From Tannerellaceae bacterium (GTDB lineage: Bacteria > Bacteroidota > Bacteroidia > Bacteroidales > Tannerellaceae): a stretch of DNA of 64,000 nucleotides. Below are positions 8,360-19,410 of the stretch, piece by piece. Within the stretch, counting starts at the first letter, position 1. Each line of letters starts with the position of its first letter. The position numbers and the translations under genes were made by a program. A model generated the notes under the pieces. That model worked only from the letters and a program-made list of their open reading frames with translations, was not told where the DNA came from and ran no database searches. The stretch is taken from positions 10,946-74,945 of the forward strand of contig JAITGS010000015.1 in NCBI GenBank assembly GCA_031280435.1. The letters run 5' to 3'.

Positions 8360-9903
8360 GCACGCTCGCCTTAGGAATTATAGTTATAGTATATATGTTC
8401 GTGCTGGCCTGGCTCGGATACCTCGGATACGTGCAAACGCGCCGCGACAGCGACTACCTGCTCGGCGGACGCAAGACCCACCCCCTCATCATGTCGCTGT
8501 CCTACGGCGCAACCTTCATCTCGGCCTCGGCCATAGTAGGATTCGGAGGAGTATCGGCCGCCTTCGGCATGGGGCTTCAGTGGCTTTGCCTGCTGAACAT
8601 GCTGGTAGGCGTTGTTATAGCCTTCATCTTTTTCGGCAAGCGAACCCGCCGGCTGGGCGCCGTTCACGGCTCGCGCACCTTTGCGCAGCTGCTGGGGGCT
8701 CACTACGGCTCGCGGGCGATACAGGTGTTCACGGCCGCCGTCATCTTCATAGGCATGCCTCTCTATGCGGCCGTTGTGATGAAAGGCGGCGCGGTTTTTA
8801 TAGAGCAGATCTTCCATATCAATCTGGACGTGGCGCTGCTGGTCTTCACGCTCGTGGTGGCGGCCTACGTTGTGAGCGGAGGCATACGGAGCGTGATGTA
8901 CACCGATGCTCTCCAGGCCGTGATAATGTTCTTCAGCATACTGTTCCTACTCTTCTGGTTTTATCACATACTGGGCATGAACTTCGGCGAAGCCAACCGT
9001 GAGCTCTCTCAGATGGCCGATCGAGTGCCGGATCGCTTCCGCGAGCTCGGACATCAGGGCTGGACGCGCATGCCGGTTGCCGGCTCGCCTCAATGGTTCA
9101 CGCTCGTGACGTCGCTAATCCTGGGCGTGGGCATAGGATGCCTGGCGCAGCCGCAGCTCGTGGTGAGGTTCATGACGGTGTCCGGCTCCCGCCAGCTCAA
9201 TCGCGGTATACTCATAGGCTCGCTGTTCATCTTCGTGACCGTAGGCAGCATCTACCACATAGGCCCGCTGAGCAATCTGTTTTTCCTGAAGACCGAAGGG
9301 GTCGTGGCCGCCGATGCCGTCAAAGACATAGACAAAATAATCCCGCTCTTCATAGATAAAGCCATGCCGGCATGGTTCGGAGCAGTCTTCATGCTCTGCA
9401 TCCTTTCGGCCAGCATGTCGACGCTGAGCGCTCAGTTCCACACCATGGGAGGCGCCTTCGGAGCCGATATGTTTCCCCGCCTCGGCCGCCGCCGCAACGA
9501 CAAGTCGACCATAGGCGTCCGCATAGGCGTCGTTTGTGCCATCATCCTCAGCTACACCATCTGCTATACCCTTAGCGCCGGCATCATAGCCCGCGGCACA
9601 GCCCTGTTCATGGGCGTCTGTGCGGCCACCTTCCTGCCGGCCTACTTCTGCTCGCTCTACTGGAAGCGCGCCACCCGCCAAGGCGCCCTCGCCAGCCTCT
9701 GGACAGGCGGCCTGGCCAGCCTCTTCGCGATGACCTTCCTGCACAAGGCCGAAGCCGCTCCGATAGGCCTCTGCAAAGCCCTCTTCGGCCGCGACGTCCT
9801 CATAGCGCAGTACCCCTGGTATGCGGTCGACCCCATCCTCTTCGCCCTTCCCCTGTCCGTGATCGCGATAGTGGCGGTAAGCCTTGCAAGCCGCAAGGCC
9901 TGA
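8356..9903 (+). CDS. Sodium:solute symporter family protein
   Basis: Multi-TM; DYLLGGR, SYGATFISASAIVGFGG, GGIRSVMYTDALQ, QPQLVVRFM, SASMSTLS. Confidence 0.9.
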   Translation: MSTLALGIIVIVYMFVLAWLGYLGYVQTRRDSDYLLGGRKTHPLIMSLSYGATFISASAIVGFGGVSAAFGMGLQWLCLLNMLVGVVIAFIFFGKRTRRLGAVHGSRTFAQLLGAHYGSRAIQVFTAAVIFIGMPLYAAVVMKGGAVFIEQIFHINLDVALLVFTLVVAAYVVSGGIRSVMYTDALQAVIMFFSILFLLFWFYHILGMNFGEANRELSQMADRVPDRFRELGHQGWTRMPVAGSPQWFTLVTSLILGVGIGCLAQPQLVVRFMTVSGSRQLNRGILIGSLFIFVTVGSIYHIGPLSNLFFLKTEGVVAADAVKDIDKIIPLFIDKAMPAWFGAVFMLCILSASMSTLSAQFHTMGGAFGADMFPRLGRRRNDKSTIGVRIGVVCAIILSYTICYTLSAGIIARGTALFMGVCAATFLPAYFCSLYWKRATRQGALASLWTGGLASLFAMTFLHKAEAAPIGLCKALFGRDVLIAQYPWYAVDPILFALPLSVIAIVAVSLASRKA

Positions 9904-9909
9904 CCCCCC

Positions 9910-10075
9910 GTAGAGACGCCCAAATTGGGCGTCTCTACCACACAACACACCGCCTGCCCAAACAGGAGGCCCGGAGGGGTCGCATATTTTCGACCCCTAC
10001 GGGCCTCCTGTTTACGTTTGATGCATCGCCTGCAAGGCCCGGGCCCCGTAGAGACGCGATGCATCGCGTCTCTAC
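9910..10075. repeat. Cluster of GTAG-footed REP-like palindromes between convergent genes
   Basis: gtagagacgcccaa-a-ttgggcgtctctac (9910-9938); hairpin aaacaggaggcccg...cgggcctcctgttt (about 9960-10013); perfect 28-bp gtagagacgcgatgcatcgcgtctctac (10048-10075). Confidence 0.85.
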
Positions 10076-10130
10076 ATACACACCCCCAAATAGCGCGAAC
10101 AAAGGCCAAGGCCTGCTGCATGCGTCGGGC

Positions 10131-10700
10131 TCAGAGCGATTGCAGAAGCCGGGCTATGACGGCGGGGTAGTGGGCGTACTCGAGCTGATGTATCCTGGCG
10201 GCGAGCTGGTCGGGGGTGTCGCCGGGATTTACGGGGCAGGAGGCCTGGAAAATGACGGCGCCTTCGTCGTAGTTCTCATTAATATAATGTATGGTGATGC
10301 CCGAATGGGATTCGCCGGCTGCGATGACGGCGCGGTGGACGTGCTGCCCGTACATGCCCTTGCCGCCGTATTTGGGAAGGAGGGCGGGATGGATGTTGAC
10401 TATCCTGCCGGGGAAGGCGCTGATGATGGACGCCGGCACCTTTGTCAGGAAGCCTGCCAGAACGATAAAGTCTATTGCATACTCGCCCAAAACGGCCGGC
10501 ACGGAGGAGGCGCTACCGAATTCCTCGCGCGGGATGCTGACGGACGGACGGCCGAGAGCGGCTGCGCGGGCATGAACGCCGGCGCGCGGATTGTCGGAAA
10601 CAACAAGGGCTACGCGAGCGCACGAACTGTTATCAAAGAAGCGGATGAGATTGTCGGCATTGGTGCCCGAACCTGAGGCGAGAACGGCTATATTCTTCAT
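10131..10700 (-). CDS. purN: Phosphoribosylglycinamide formyltransferase
   Basis: MKNIAVLASGSGTN, LAGFL, NIHPALLPKYGG, GITIH...YDEG; start placed at ATG 10700. Confidence 0.93.
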   Translation of the reverse strand: MKNIAVLASGSGTNADNLIRFFDNSSCARVALVVSDNPRAGVHARAAALGRPSVSIPREEFGSASSVPAVLGEYAIDFIVLAGFLTKVPASIISAFPGRIVNIHPALLPKYGGKGMYGQHVHRAVIAAGESHSGITIHYINENYDEGAVIFQASCPVNPGDTPDQLAARIHQLEYAHYPAVIARLLQSL

Positions 10701-10845
10701 AATAATGTGTTGAGATGATGCGTATTGAATGGAAGCATGGAGGGAGTTTCGTTTTTTTGTCTTTGAATATTTGCAAGAGAACACAAAAATTACGTTCCTT
10801 TGCAGCGCAAAATTAAAAAAGTTATTAATCTAAAATCAAGAAGTT

Positions 10846-11085
10846 ATGTCAGAAATTGCATCGAGAGTAAAAGCTATCATTGTTGACAAACTGAGTGTTG
10901 AAGAGACAGAAGTAACGAACTCCGCAAATTTTACTAATGATTTAGGAGCCGATTCACTTGATACGGTAGAGTTGATTATGGAATTTGAGAAAGAATTCAG
11001 CATATCAATTCCCGACGATCAAGCAGAGAAGATCGCTACTGTCGGCGATGCCATCGCCTATGTTGAAGACAGTTTGAAGAAGTAA
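10846..11085 (+). CDS. acpP: Acyl carrier protein
   Basis: [20 protein letters not shown]. Confidence 0.97.
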   Translation: MSEIASRVKAIIVDKLSVEETEVTNSANFTNDLGADSLDTVELIMEFEKEFSISIPDDQAEKIATVGDAIAYVEDSLKK

Positions 11086-11102
11086 ACCGCTTTCTCGGAA
11101 AT

Positions 11103-12386
11103 ATGGAATTAAAAAGAGTTGTAGTAACCGGATTGGGAGCCATCACCCCGCTTGGCAATACCGTGGGCGAAACCTGGGAAGGCCTTATCAACGGGCGCAG
11201 TGGAGCCGGCCCGGTTACTCAGTTCGATTCATCTAAGTTCAAAACGAACTTTGCTTGCGAAGTAAAAGGTTTTGAACCGTTGCTTATTATGGATCGCAAG
11301 GAAGCTCGCAAGTGCGACCGCTATGTGCTTTTCGCCCTCTCGGCCGCCAAAGACGCCGTTGCGGATGCAGGATTCGACCTCGAAAAGGAAAACCTCGACC
11401 GCATCGGCGTTATTTTTGCTTCGGGCATAGGCGGCATCAAAACGTTTGAAGACGAGGTGATGAGCTACAATGAAGAGCGCGGTCCGCGTTTCAATCCTTT
11501 CTTCATACCGAAAATGATTGCCGACATCGCAGCCGGTCAGATTTCCATGCTATACGGCTTCCGCGGGCCCAACTTCGCTACCGTATCGGCTTGCGCATCA
11601 TCCACCAACGCCATCTCCGACGCCTTCAACTATATCCGCCTGGGCAAAGCCAGCGCCATAGTTACCGGAGGCGCCGAAGCCGCCATATCAATAGCAGGCG
11701 TAGGCGGATTCAATGCAATGAACGCCCTCTCCACCCGAAACGATTCGCCGCAAACGGCATCGCGCCCCTTCAGCGCCAGCCGCGACGGATTCGTACTCGG
11801 CGAAGGCGCCGCATGCTTAGTGCTCGAAGAGCTGGAACATGCAAAGGCGAGAGGCGCAAGCATATATTGCGAAGTAGTAGGAACAGGAATGTCGGCCGAC
11901 GCATACCACCTCACCGCATCGCATCCGGAAGGACGCGGAGCAAGGCTCGTGATGCTAAATGCCATAGATGACGCCGGAATGAAGCCGGAAGACATTGATT
12001 ATATCAACGTTCACGGCACATCCACCCCGGTTGGCGACATATCGGAAGCGAAGGCTATCAAGGATGTCTTCGGCGAGCATGCCTACCGCTTGAATATCAG
12101 CTCGACCAAGTCGATGACAGGCCACCTGCTCGGAGCCGCCGGAGCGCTTGAAACCATAGCATGCATACTGGCCGTCAGAGATGACATAGTGCCCCCGACA
12201 ATCAACCACGAAGACGGCGACGAAGATCCGGAAATCGACTACAAACTGAACTTCACATTCAACAAGGCTCAGAAACGGGAAATCAGAGCTGCACTTTCAA
12301 ATACCTTCGGCTTCGGCGGGCATAACGCCAGCGTCATAGTAAGGAAGTATATTGATGTTCCGCATAATCCGGAAAGGACTGTTTGA
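11103..12386 (+). CDS. fabF: 3-oxoacyl-ACP synthase II
   Basis: RVVVTGLG, SACAS, HGTST, KSMTGHLLGAAG, SNTFGFGGHN. Confidence 0.96.
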   Translation: MELKRVVVTGLGAITPLGNTVGETWEGLINGRSGAGPVTQFDSSKFKTNFACEVKGFEPLLIMDRKEARKCDRYVLFALSAAKDAVADAGFDLEKENLDRIGVIFASGIGGIKTFEDEVMSYNEERGPRFNPFFIPKMIADIAAGQISMLYGFRGPNFATVSACASSTNAISDAFNYIRLGKASAIVTGGAEAAISIAGVGGFNAMNALSTRNDSPQTASRPFSASRDGFVLGEGAACLVLEELEHAKARGASIYCEVVGTGMSADAYHLTASHPEGRGARLVMLNAIDDAGMKPEDIDYINVHGTSTPVGDISEAKAIKDVFGEHAYRLNISSTKSMTGHLLGAAGALETIACILAVRDDIVPPTINHEDGDEDPEIDYKLNFTFNKAQKREIRAALSNTFGFGGHNASVIVRKYIDVPHNPERTV

Positions 12387-13203
12387 TAAGATTCGAGTAC
12401 AAATAAGGCTCCTGATTAATAAAAAAAAGGAGCCTTATTTGTCTTTATGCAATATACTGGGATTCTATCCTAACAATATCAGCCTTTACGAAGAGGCCTT
12501 TCGCCACAAATCCTCCTCGGTGGAAGACGACAACGGCAAATGGAAAAATAACGAAAGGCTCGAATTTCTCGGCGATGCCATACTCGACGCCGTCATAGCC
12601 GACATACTCTACAAACACTTCCCCAACCGGCGCGAAGGCTATCTCACCAACACTCGCTCCAAAATAGTACAGCGCGAGCAGCTCAATCGCCTGGCGCTCG
12701 AACTCGGCATACACAATCACGTTGTTTGCGCCACCAAGCTCAATACGCACAACAGCTATCTGTTCGGCAATGCACTCGAAGCCCTCGTGGGAGCCGTTTA
12801 TCTCGACCGCGGATACCGGCAATGCTACCGCTTCATCAAAGAGAAAGTCATAGACAACCATATCAATCTCGACGTGCTCGCGCGACAGGAATTTAACTTC
12901 AAGTCATCGCTAATCGAATGGAGTCAGAAGCGCAAGCTTGAGATTCAGTTCGATGTGCTCGAATCTTTTATAGACAACAACGGGAACCCCGTATTCCAAA
13001 GCGGCATCACCTTACTCAACCGACAGATAGGCATAGGCATAGGCTATTCAAAGAAAGAATCACAACAGCAAGCCGCAAGAATGGCCATCAAGACGATTCG
13101 CTCCGATGCCAACTTCCGGAAAACTATCTTATCGTATAACCGCAACAACATTTGCAAAGGCCCGGAAAAGAACGATCTTGACGATCTGCCGGATACCGAA
13201 TAA
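12352..13203 (+). CDS. rnc: Ribonuclease III
   Basis: NERLEFLGDAIL, GNALEALVGAVYLD, dsRBD G.GYSKKESQQ; exact start uncertain. Confidence 0.93.
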   Translation: MMFRIIRKGLFDKIRVQIRLLINKKKEPYLSLCNILGFYPNNISLYEEAFRHKSSSVEDDNGKWKNNERLEFLGDAILDAVIADILYKHFPNRREGYLTNTRSKIVQREQLNRLALELGIHNHVVCATKLNTHNSYLFGNALEALVGAVYLDRGYRQCYRFIKEKVIDNHINLDVLARQEFNFKSSLIEWSQKRKLEIQFDVLESFIDNNGNPVFQSGITLLNRQIGIGIGYSKKESQQQAARMAIKTIRSDANFRKTILSYNRNNICKGPEKNDLDDLPDTE

Positions 13204-13280
13204 CACCTCCCCCAAATAATTGCTCGCCCGGCAGCCTCGATTTAAAAGATAAGCTGCCGGTTGAGTTCATTAAGGCTTTA

Positions 13281-13310
13281 GGGCGCTTCGCAGTTCGATT
13301 TGGCCGCTTC
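13281..13310 (+). promoter_or_regulatory. Possible LytTR-type operator (9-bp direct repeats, 12-bp spacer)
   Basis: gggcgcttc at 13281 and ggccgcttc at 13302; the 21-bp spacing is the known LytTR geometry. Inference only. Confidence 0.3.
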
Positions 13311-13477
13311 AAAGATGTTCCTGCTGAATTATGAGGTGACGCTATCTACTTTAGCGCCGCAGTTTTCAGCCGGATAAGGACGGGATGGTTAACGGAGCTT
13401 CTGCTTCCCGGCCGGCATCTGAAAAACAAAGCCACACAGAGGCTCCACAATATTGTTTAATCTTAATTTAATTCGTT

Positions 13478-13882
13478 ATGAAGACAATCACATCAAAAAT
13501 TCTCTCGCTTCTGATGATTTGCGCAGTGATGCTGAGCTTATCGGCCACAGCCTCGGCGCAAGATGCAACTCTCAAAAAAATGGAGGGCAAATGGAAGTAC
13601 ACAATGCCCGATATGGGCGGAGGCGGCTCCGTGGACGGCCTGTGCACAATAGCAACCGCGGACGGCGAAACAAAGGCTACCCTCACAAGCCCAATGGGCG
13701 AAATCTCATCTTCGGCTCTGAAGCTCGACGGCGACAAATATGTGGGCGATGTGAGCATCGAAAGCGACATGGGGAGCTTTCAGTTCAAAATCGCCTTCAA
13801 GTTCAATGGCGACAAGCTCGTGCAGGAAATCATATCCGAGTACGGCGAGATGCCCGGCATGGAGATGAGCCGCGCCGAATGA
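13478..13882 (+). CDS. Small secreted beta-strand protein, function unknown
   Basis: Signal peptide ending ASA-Q; lipocalin-like EGKW motif near the mature N-terminus. Confidence 0.7.
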   Translation: MKTITSKILSLLMICAVMLSLSATASAQDATLKKMEGKWKYTMPDMGGGGSVDGLCTIATADGETKATLTSPMGEISSSALKLDGDKYVGDVSIESDMGSFQFKIAFKFNGDKLVQEIISEYGEMPGMEMSRAE

Positions 13883-14106
13883 GCCGTTCGCTTATCCCGT
13901 ACCTGCGTTGAAAACAGGTCTGCCGGCTCGGACAAGTCCTGCATAACGGCTTAAAAGCGCCGGCTCCCCATCCCTTACGGAGATGGATTAATAGCTGTCT
14001 CCACCCGAATCTTTCGCTTTCAATCGGCTTGCCGACCTTGCTGAAACAGGGTTGGGATGAATTGTTAATCTCTTTAGTCTAATTAAAATTTCAAGAACAA
14101 AAACTC

Positions 14107-17100
14107 ATGAAAGAAAAAATAAACAGATACGGCCGGGCCTTGAGGCTTGCGGCCATGATGCTGATAGGCATCGGTATGTTTGGATTCGCTGCCCTGGCGC
14201 AGCAATCCGTAACCGTCAGCGGGACGGTGCTCGACGAAACCGGACAGTCGATAATAGGCGCCAACGTGGTGGTGCCCGGCACTACGTCCGGAGTAATTAC
14301 GGATATGAACGGCAAATACTCTATACAGGCCGCTGTCAACGCCGTGTTGCGCGTGTCGTATGTGGGCTATCTGGCCCAGGAGGTGAAAGTAGTTGCCGGA
14401 AAGACTACATATAATATTACGCTTCGCGAAGATGCCGAACGCCTCGACGAGGTTGTCGTGATTGGCTACGGCGTGGTGAAAAAGAGCGATGTAACGGGCT
14501 CTGTGGCCTCCGTCAATGCCGACGATATGATGAAAACCAGTCCGACGGCCATAGTTACCGGATTGCAGGGTGCGGCAGCAGGCGTGCTTGTTACCCGCGA
14601 CGGCGGGCCAAGCGGCGGCTCCAAGATTCGCATCCGCGGTATAGCCAGCGTTAACAATGCCACCGACCCTCTGTTCGTTGTCGACGGCATTCGCGTCGGC
14701 ACCAATATTGACTACCTCAATCCGGCCGACGTGCAAAACATCGAGATCCTGAAAGATGCTTCCGCAACGGCCATTTATGGCTCGGAAGGCGCCAACGGTG
14801 TGATTATGGTGACAACGCGCAAGGGAGAAGCCGGACGTGCCCGCGTTCATTTCTCGGCCAACTATGCCGTGGTATCGCCGGCCGTTCAGATCGAAACGCT
14901 AGCCGCTCCGGGATTTGCCAAGGCTGCCCGTGCTGCGGCTGTTGCAAACGGAGGCTCGCTCAATACCGCCTGGTGGAATCATGCCGACGCGCTGCAAACG
15001 ATCAACTGGCAGGATGAGATGTCGCGCAACGCTCTGCGGAGCAACTATGCCTTTAGCGTGACCGGAGGAAGCGAAACAACCCGCGCCGTGCTCTCGCTCG
15101 GATATACGGACAACGACGGCACTATCATCCACCAAAACTTCAAACGCCTCACGGCCCGCACAAGCGTTGACCATACCATCAAGAAAGTTATCCGCGTAGG
15201 TGCAAGCCTTGCCTATACTTACATGCGCTTTGCCGGAAGCGGCGGAAGCATGCTGCAATATGCCGCTATCCCGCCTACAATGGACGACGCCGACCAAAAC
15301 GGCAACCTCATACACGTTCCGGTGCGCGGCCCCGACGGTACATGGGGGCACTTCTTCCATTCGGGCAACGACGTGAGCCAGTATCTCGACAATCCTGTGG
15401 CCGCTGCAACCGATTCGTACGAGGCCGGGAACTTCAGCTACGGTGGCGATATTATTGCCAATGCTTATGTGGAGGTCGACCTCTTGAAGGGACTGACTTT
15501 CCGCTCCAACGGCGCAAGCACTTACAGGGCTTTCGCAACCAGCAACTACGAGCCTAAGAACAATCGCCCGCAAAACAACATGAACGACGACTTCGACAGA
15601 TACACCGTGAGCAACAATTCCAACGTTGGCCTCTCCATCGAAAGCTATCTGACCTATAAGACGAAATTCGGCGGAATGCACGACCTCACCTTTATGGCCG
15701 GACATTCCGTATCGCGCAACTTCGGAGCCTCTTCCAGCATTAACGCAAGATATATGCCCGTGCCGAGCATACGTCAGATCGGCCAAACGCAAGATCCTTC
15801 AACCATACAGGGAACGGGAGGGCTGAATGATGAGAATCGCATGGAATCCTTCTTCGGTCGTGTGAATTACTCGCTGATGGATAAATACCTGCTTACGGCA
15901 ACTGTTCGCCGTGACGGATCGTCGAACTTCGGAGCAGGCAACCGATACGGCACATTCCCCTCGGCTTCGCTGGCCTGGCGACTGTCGGAAGAGGCCTTCA
16001 TAAAGAACCTCAAAATATTCAGCAACCTGAAGCTGCGCATGGGATGGGGGCAAACGGGTAATGCGGGATTCACCTTCTTTGGGAATCGCTCGGTTGACCA
16101 GCTCAGCTCGTCGCGCATTGCTTTCTATTATTACGGCGGATCGTCGTTCACTCTCGCTCCGGGGCTTGCCCAGGTGCTGGAGATAGACACCAACCTGAAG
16201 TGGGAAACGAACGAGCAGGTCAACGTGGGTATAGACCTGGGCTTTGCCAACAACATGCTAAGCTTTGCGCTCGACTATTATGTTCGCGATTCGAAAGACC
16301 TGCTGCTCAATCGCACCCTGCGCCCCTCTACCGGCTACGACGCCATCTATACCAATGCCGGACTTATACGCAACAGCGGCTTTGAAGTTGCCGCCACCTT
16401 CCAGAAGCCCGTCGGAAGCTGGTTCTTCAACGTTCGCCTCAATGCTTCGACCAACAAGAACGAAGCCATAGACGTCGGCCTGCCCATCTACTCCACCGTA
16501 GGCAACGGCGACTGGTGGAACAACTGCTCCATAACCGAAGACGGCTATCCCATCGGTACCTTCTACGGACATCGCTTCGAAGGCATCTTCCAGACTCAGG
16601 CCGAGATCGACGCCCTCAATGCCGTTGCCAGAGAAAAAGGCCTCAACGGCGGATACTATCAGATGGCAGGCACATCGCCGGGCGACTTCAAGTTTAAAGA
16701 TCTCGACGGCAACGGCGTAATAGACGATCTCGACCGCGATTATCTCGGCCACGGATTCCCAACCCTCAATTACGGCCTCAATTTATCCGTGAACTATAAA
16801 AACTGGGACGCTTCGCTCTACCTCTACGGCCTTGCCGGGCAGGATATAATGTCGTACGGATACAAAAACCTCACCACCATGCGCTCCGGAACCGAGGGCT
16901 ATCAAAACATCCTCAAAGAATACGCCGAGAACGCCTGGACACCTGAGAACCGCAGCACTAAATACCAGCGCCTCACAAGGCAAGACGACAATCACAACAC
17001 GCGCGTGTCCGACTATTACCTCATGAACGGCGACTTCCTCAAGATTCGCAACATCCAGCTCGGATATACCTTCTCTAAGAATCTGCTGAAGAAGTTCCAG

Positions 17101-17301
17101 ATAGACAACCTGCGCCTATTTGCCAGCGTGGAAGATATATATACGTTCACCTCCTACCCGGCCAACCTCGATCCGGAGCTGCCCATAGGCAACAATACGT
17201 ATCTGAACGGCGCGCTCCAGTCGGTGCTCACAACCGGCGTCGACCAGGGACACTATCCGCTGCCGGTAACATTCACCTTCGGCCTTAGCGTAGGATTCTG
17301 A
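14107..17301 (+). CDS. SusC/RagA-family TonB-dependent transporter
   Basis: ILKDASATAIYGSEGANGVIMVTT, KYLLTATVRRDGSSNF, LKWET, C-terminal F. Confidence 0.96.
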   Translation: MKEKINRYGRALRLAAMMLIGIGMFGFAALAQQSVTVSGTVLDETGQSIIGANVVVPGTTSGVITDMNGKYSIQAAVNAVLRVSYVGYLAQEVKVVAGKTTYNITLREDAERLDEVVVIGYGVVKKSDVTGSVASVNADDMMKTSPTAIVTGLQGAAAGVLVTRDGGPSGGSKIRIRGIASVNNATDPLFVVDGIRVGTNIDYLNPADVQNIEILKDASATAIYGSEGANGVIMVTTRKGEAGRARVHFSANYAVVSPAVQIETLAAPGFAKAARAAAVANGGSLNTAWWNHADALQTINWQDEMSRNALRSNYAFSVTGGSETTRAVLSLGYTDNDGTIIHQNFKRLTARTSVDHTIKKVIRVGASLAYTYMRFAGSGGSMLQYAAIPPTMDDADQNGNLIHVPVRGPDGTWGHFFHSGNDVSQYLDNPVAAATDSYEAGNFSYGGDIIANAYVEVDLLKGLTFRSNGASTYRAFATSNYEPKNNRPQNNMNDDFDRYTVSNNSNVGLSIESYLTYKTKFGGMHDLTFMAGHSVSRNFGASSSINARYMPVPSIRQIGQTQDPSTIQGTGGLNDENRMESFFGRVNYSLMDKYLLTATVRRDGSSNFGAGNRYGTFPSASLAWRLSEEAFIKNLKIFSNLKLRMGWGQTGNAGFTFFGNRSVDQLSSSRIAFYYYGGSSFTLAPGLAQVLEIDTNLKWETNEQVNVGIDLGFANNMLSFALDYYVRDSKDLLLNRTLRPSTGYDAIYTNAGLIRNSGFEVAATFQKPVGSWFFNVRLNASTNKNEAIDVGLPIYSTVGNGDWWNNCSITEDGYPIGTFYGHRFEGIFQTQAEIDALNAVAREKGLNGGYYQMAGTSPGDFKFKDLDGNGVIDDLDRDYLGHGFPTLNYGLNLSVNYKNWDASLYLYGLAGQDIMSYGYKNLTTMRSGTEGYQNILKEYAENAWTPENRSTKYQRLTRQDDNHNTRVSDYYLMNGDFLKIRNIQLGYTFSKNLLKKFQIDNLRLFASVEDIYTFTSYPANLDPELPIGNNTYLNGALQSVLTTGVDQGHYPLPVTFTFGLSVGF

Positions 17302-17335
17302 CAACCTATTTATTAATGATTAAAATCCAAGTAGT

Positions 17336-19282
17336 ATGAAAAAGATATATATCGCAATGATCGCCGGCCTGCTCACCCTCGGCCTGGCTTCTTGCGGAGA
17401 AGATTTTCTCGAAGTAGAACATTACAGCATAGTCGAACCCGGCATACTCCTCAGCTCGCAGGAATACGTTGAGCAAGGCCTCAACGGCGTGTACGACCTG
17501 CTTTATCCCGAACGAAACGGAGCCGACATCACCCAGGGATGGCTCCTCAAGCCGCACATGGCCCTCTCCAACTATCCCGCAATGGATATTCAGGGCGACG
17601 GCTGGGACGTGGAATTCAACCGTCAGGCATGGACAAGCTCCAAGTCGGAATTCATAGGCGGATGGACCCGCTCATATAATACTATTGACCGAGCCAACCG
17701 CTTCCTGGCCAACCTTCAGAATGCCGACCCAACAATATTCCAGGGTGGAGAGACAACCATGAAGATAATTGAAGCACAGGCTCGAGCGCTGCGCGCCTAC
17801 TTCTATACCTGGCTGGTACAAAACTTCGGCGGCGTGCCTATGCTACGAACCGGCGAAACCTACTCCACGCATCCCGGTAAAGAACGCGGAACCGTTGAAG
17901 AAGCATGGGGAATGATAATAGAAGACCTCGAATACGCCCGCGACATACTTGACTGGCAGCCATGGAAAGGACACAAAGGCCGCGTAACCAAAGGCATGGC
18001 CAAAGCATATCTCGCCCAGGCATACATGTATATGGCCAACACCGGCGACAGGCAGGGATGGTTCAACAAAGCCAAAAAGGAGCTGAAGGAGATTATGGAC
18101 CAGGGCGTCTACCAGCTTAATCCCTGCTTCGGACAGATACACCTGCCCGGCATATACTGGCAGCCCGAAAGCATTTGGGAAATAGCATTCCCCGAATGGG
18201 AAAGCATGGGATGGGGACGCGAAGGACAAACCGACGCAGTATGGTGGCCCGTGCAGCTCAAAGGCAATAAAGAGTACGGCGGATGGGGCCCGCACTATGT
18301 TTCCTACGAATTTTGCTGGTCGTTTGAAGAAGGCGACAAAAGGCTGCAATACCAGGTGGCACGATACGGCGAGAAAAACGAATTTGTGATGACGGATACG
18401 GAAGGCGATGAGGTTCTGTTCACTCCGCCCACAATGGTGGAAATCTTTCCGGGATACTTTGCCAACGTGGGAGGCTTCGGCCCGGAGTTCGGCACCGTAG
18501 GCCTGCAAACCGGCTGGCGCTCGGCCTTCATCACCGTAGACAACGTCCCGAACAATTCGGACAAGAAGCTGTGGCGGCAGCACGTAGCCTACAAGGGGCG
18601 GGAGTATAACTCGCTGTCGTCAATACAAATCCGCCTTGCGGCTATATACCTCAACTATGCCGAATGTTGCTTTGAGACCGGCGACGAAGCCGAGGGATGG
18701 AAATACGTACAAACCATTCGCGACCGCGCCTGGGGAGCATACGAATCATCCGCGCCGAGCGTCATGGCGGGCGATGTGTTCGGAGGCAAAACCTTCCCCT
18801 TCCTGCTCGACAACGGCAAAACGGCGCCCGACGCCAGGGAGTTCTACTCCAAGTATAAACGCTCGCCCGGCAAAATAGGCGGCACACTGAAACGCCTTAC
18901 GGGAGGCGATAACCTGTCGCCCGTTTACAGCGAAACCACCTACGAAGGCTTGGACTACACCCCCTATACGGCCGAATCATGGAAGGTTGCCCTTGCCATC
19001 GAACGCCGTCATGAGTTCTTTGCCGAGTACAGCCTGTGGTACGACCTGTGCCGCACCGGAATGGCCAAGCAATACCTTGACGCCGAGTACCCGTACAACA
19101 ACGACGACATCCGCAAGGAAGACATCCCCGGCTATGCATACGCCGACTTCTACGTGCCCAACCCGCACACTCGCCGAGCCTACCAGCACGACACCAACCG
19201 TGAGCTCTATCCAATACCCTACGATGAGCTTATGAAAAATCCTGCTCTCGACCCGGCCAAGGATCAAAATCCGGGATACTAA
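17336..19282 (+). CDS. SusD/RagB-family lipoprotein
   Basis: Lipobox LASC, ARALRAYFY, RLAAIYLNYAE, ERRHEF..E, LYPIP, QNPGY C-terminus. Confidence 0.95.
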   Translation: MKKIYIAMIAGLLTLGLASCGEDFLEVEHYSIVEPGILLSSQEYVEQGLNGVYDLLYPERNGADITQGWLLKPHMALSNYPAMDIQGDGWDVEFNRQAWTSSKSEFIGGWTRSYNTIDRANRFLANLQNADPTIFQGGETTMKIIEAQARALRAYFYTWLVQNFGGVPMLRTGETYSTHPGKERGTVEEAWGMIIEDLEYARDILDWQPWKGHKGRVTKGMAKAYLAQAYMYMANTGDRQGWFNKAKKELKEIMDQGVYQLNPCFGQIHLPGIYWQPESIWEIAFPEWESMGWGREGQTDAVWWPVQLKGNKEYGGWGPHYVSYEFCWSFEEGDKRLQYQVARYGEKNEFVMTDTEGDEVLFTPPTMVEIFPGYFANVGGFGPEFGTVGLQTGWRSAFITVDNVPNNSDKKLWRQHVAYKGREYNSLSSIQIRLAAIYLNYAECCFETGDEAEGWKYVQTIRDRAWGAYESSAPSVMAGDVFGGKTFPFLLDNGKTAPDAREFYSKYKRSPGKIGGTLKRLTGGDNLSPVYSETTYEGLDYTPYTAESWKVALAIERRHEFFAEYSLWYDLCRTGMAKQYLDAEYPYNNDDIRKEDIPGYAYADFYVPNPHTRRAYQHDTNRELYPIPYDELMKNPALDPAKDQNPGY

Positions 19283-19410
19283 ACTACATTTTGAGACATT
19301 CCCGAATCGTGGCATCTATCGGAAAAATACAAAAAACCTTAAATACATTCCCGCTTGTTCGGGCTCATTTCAAAAGGTATTTTCCATTTTTGCCACGATT
19401 CCTTTACAAC

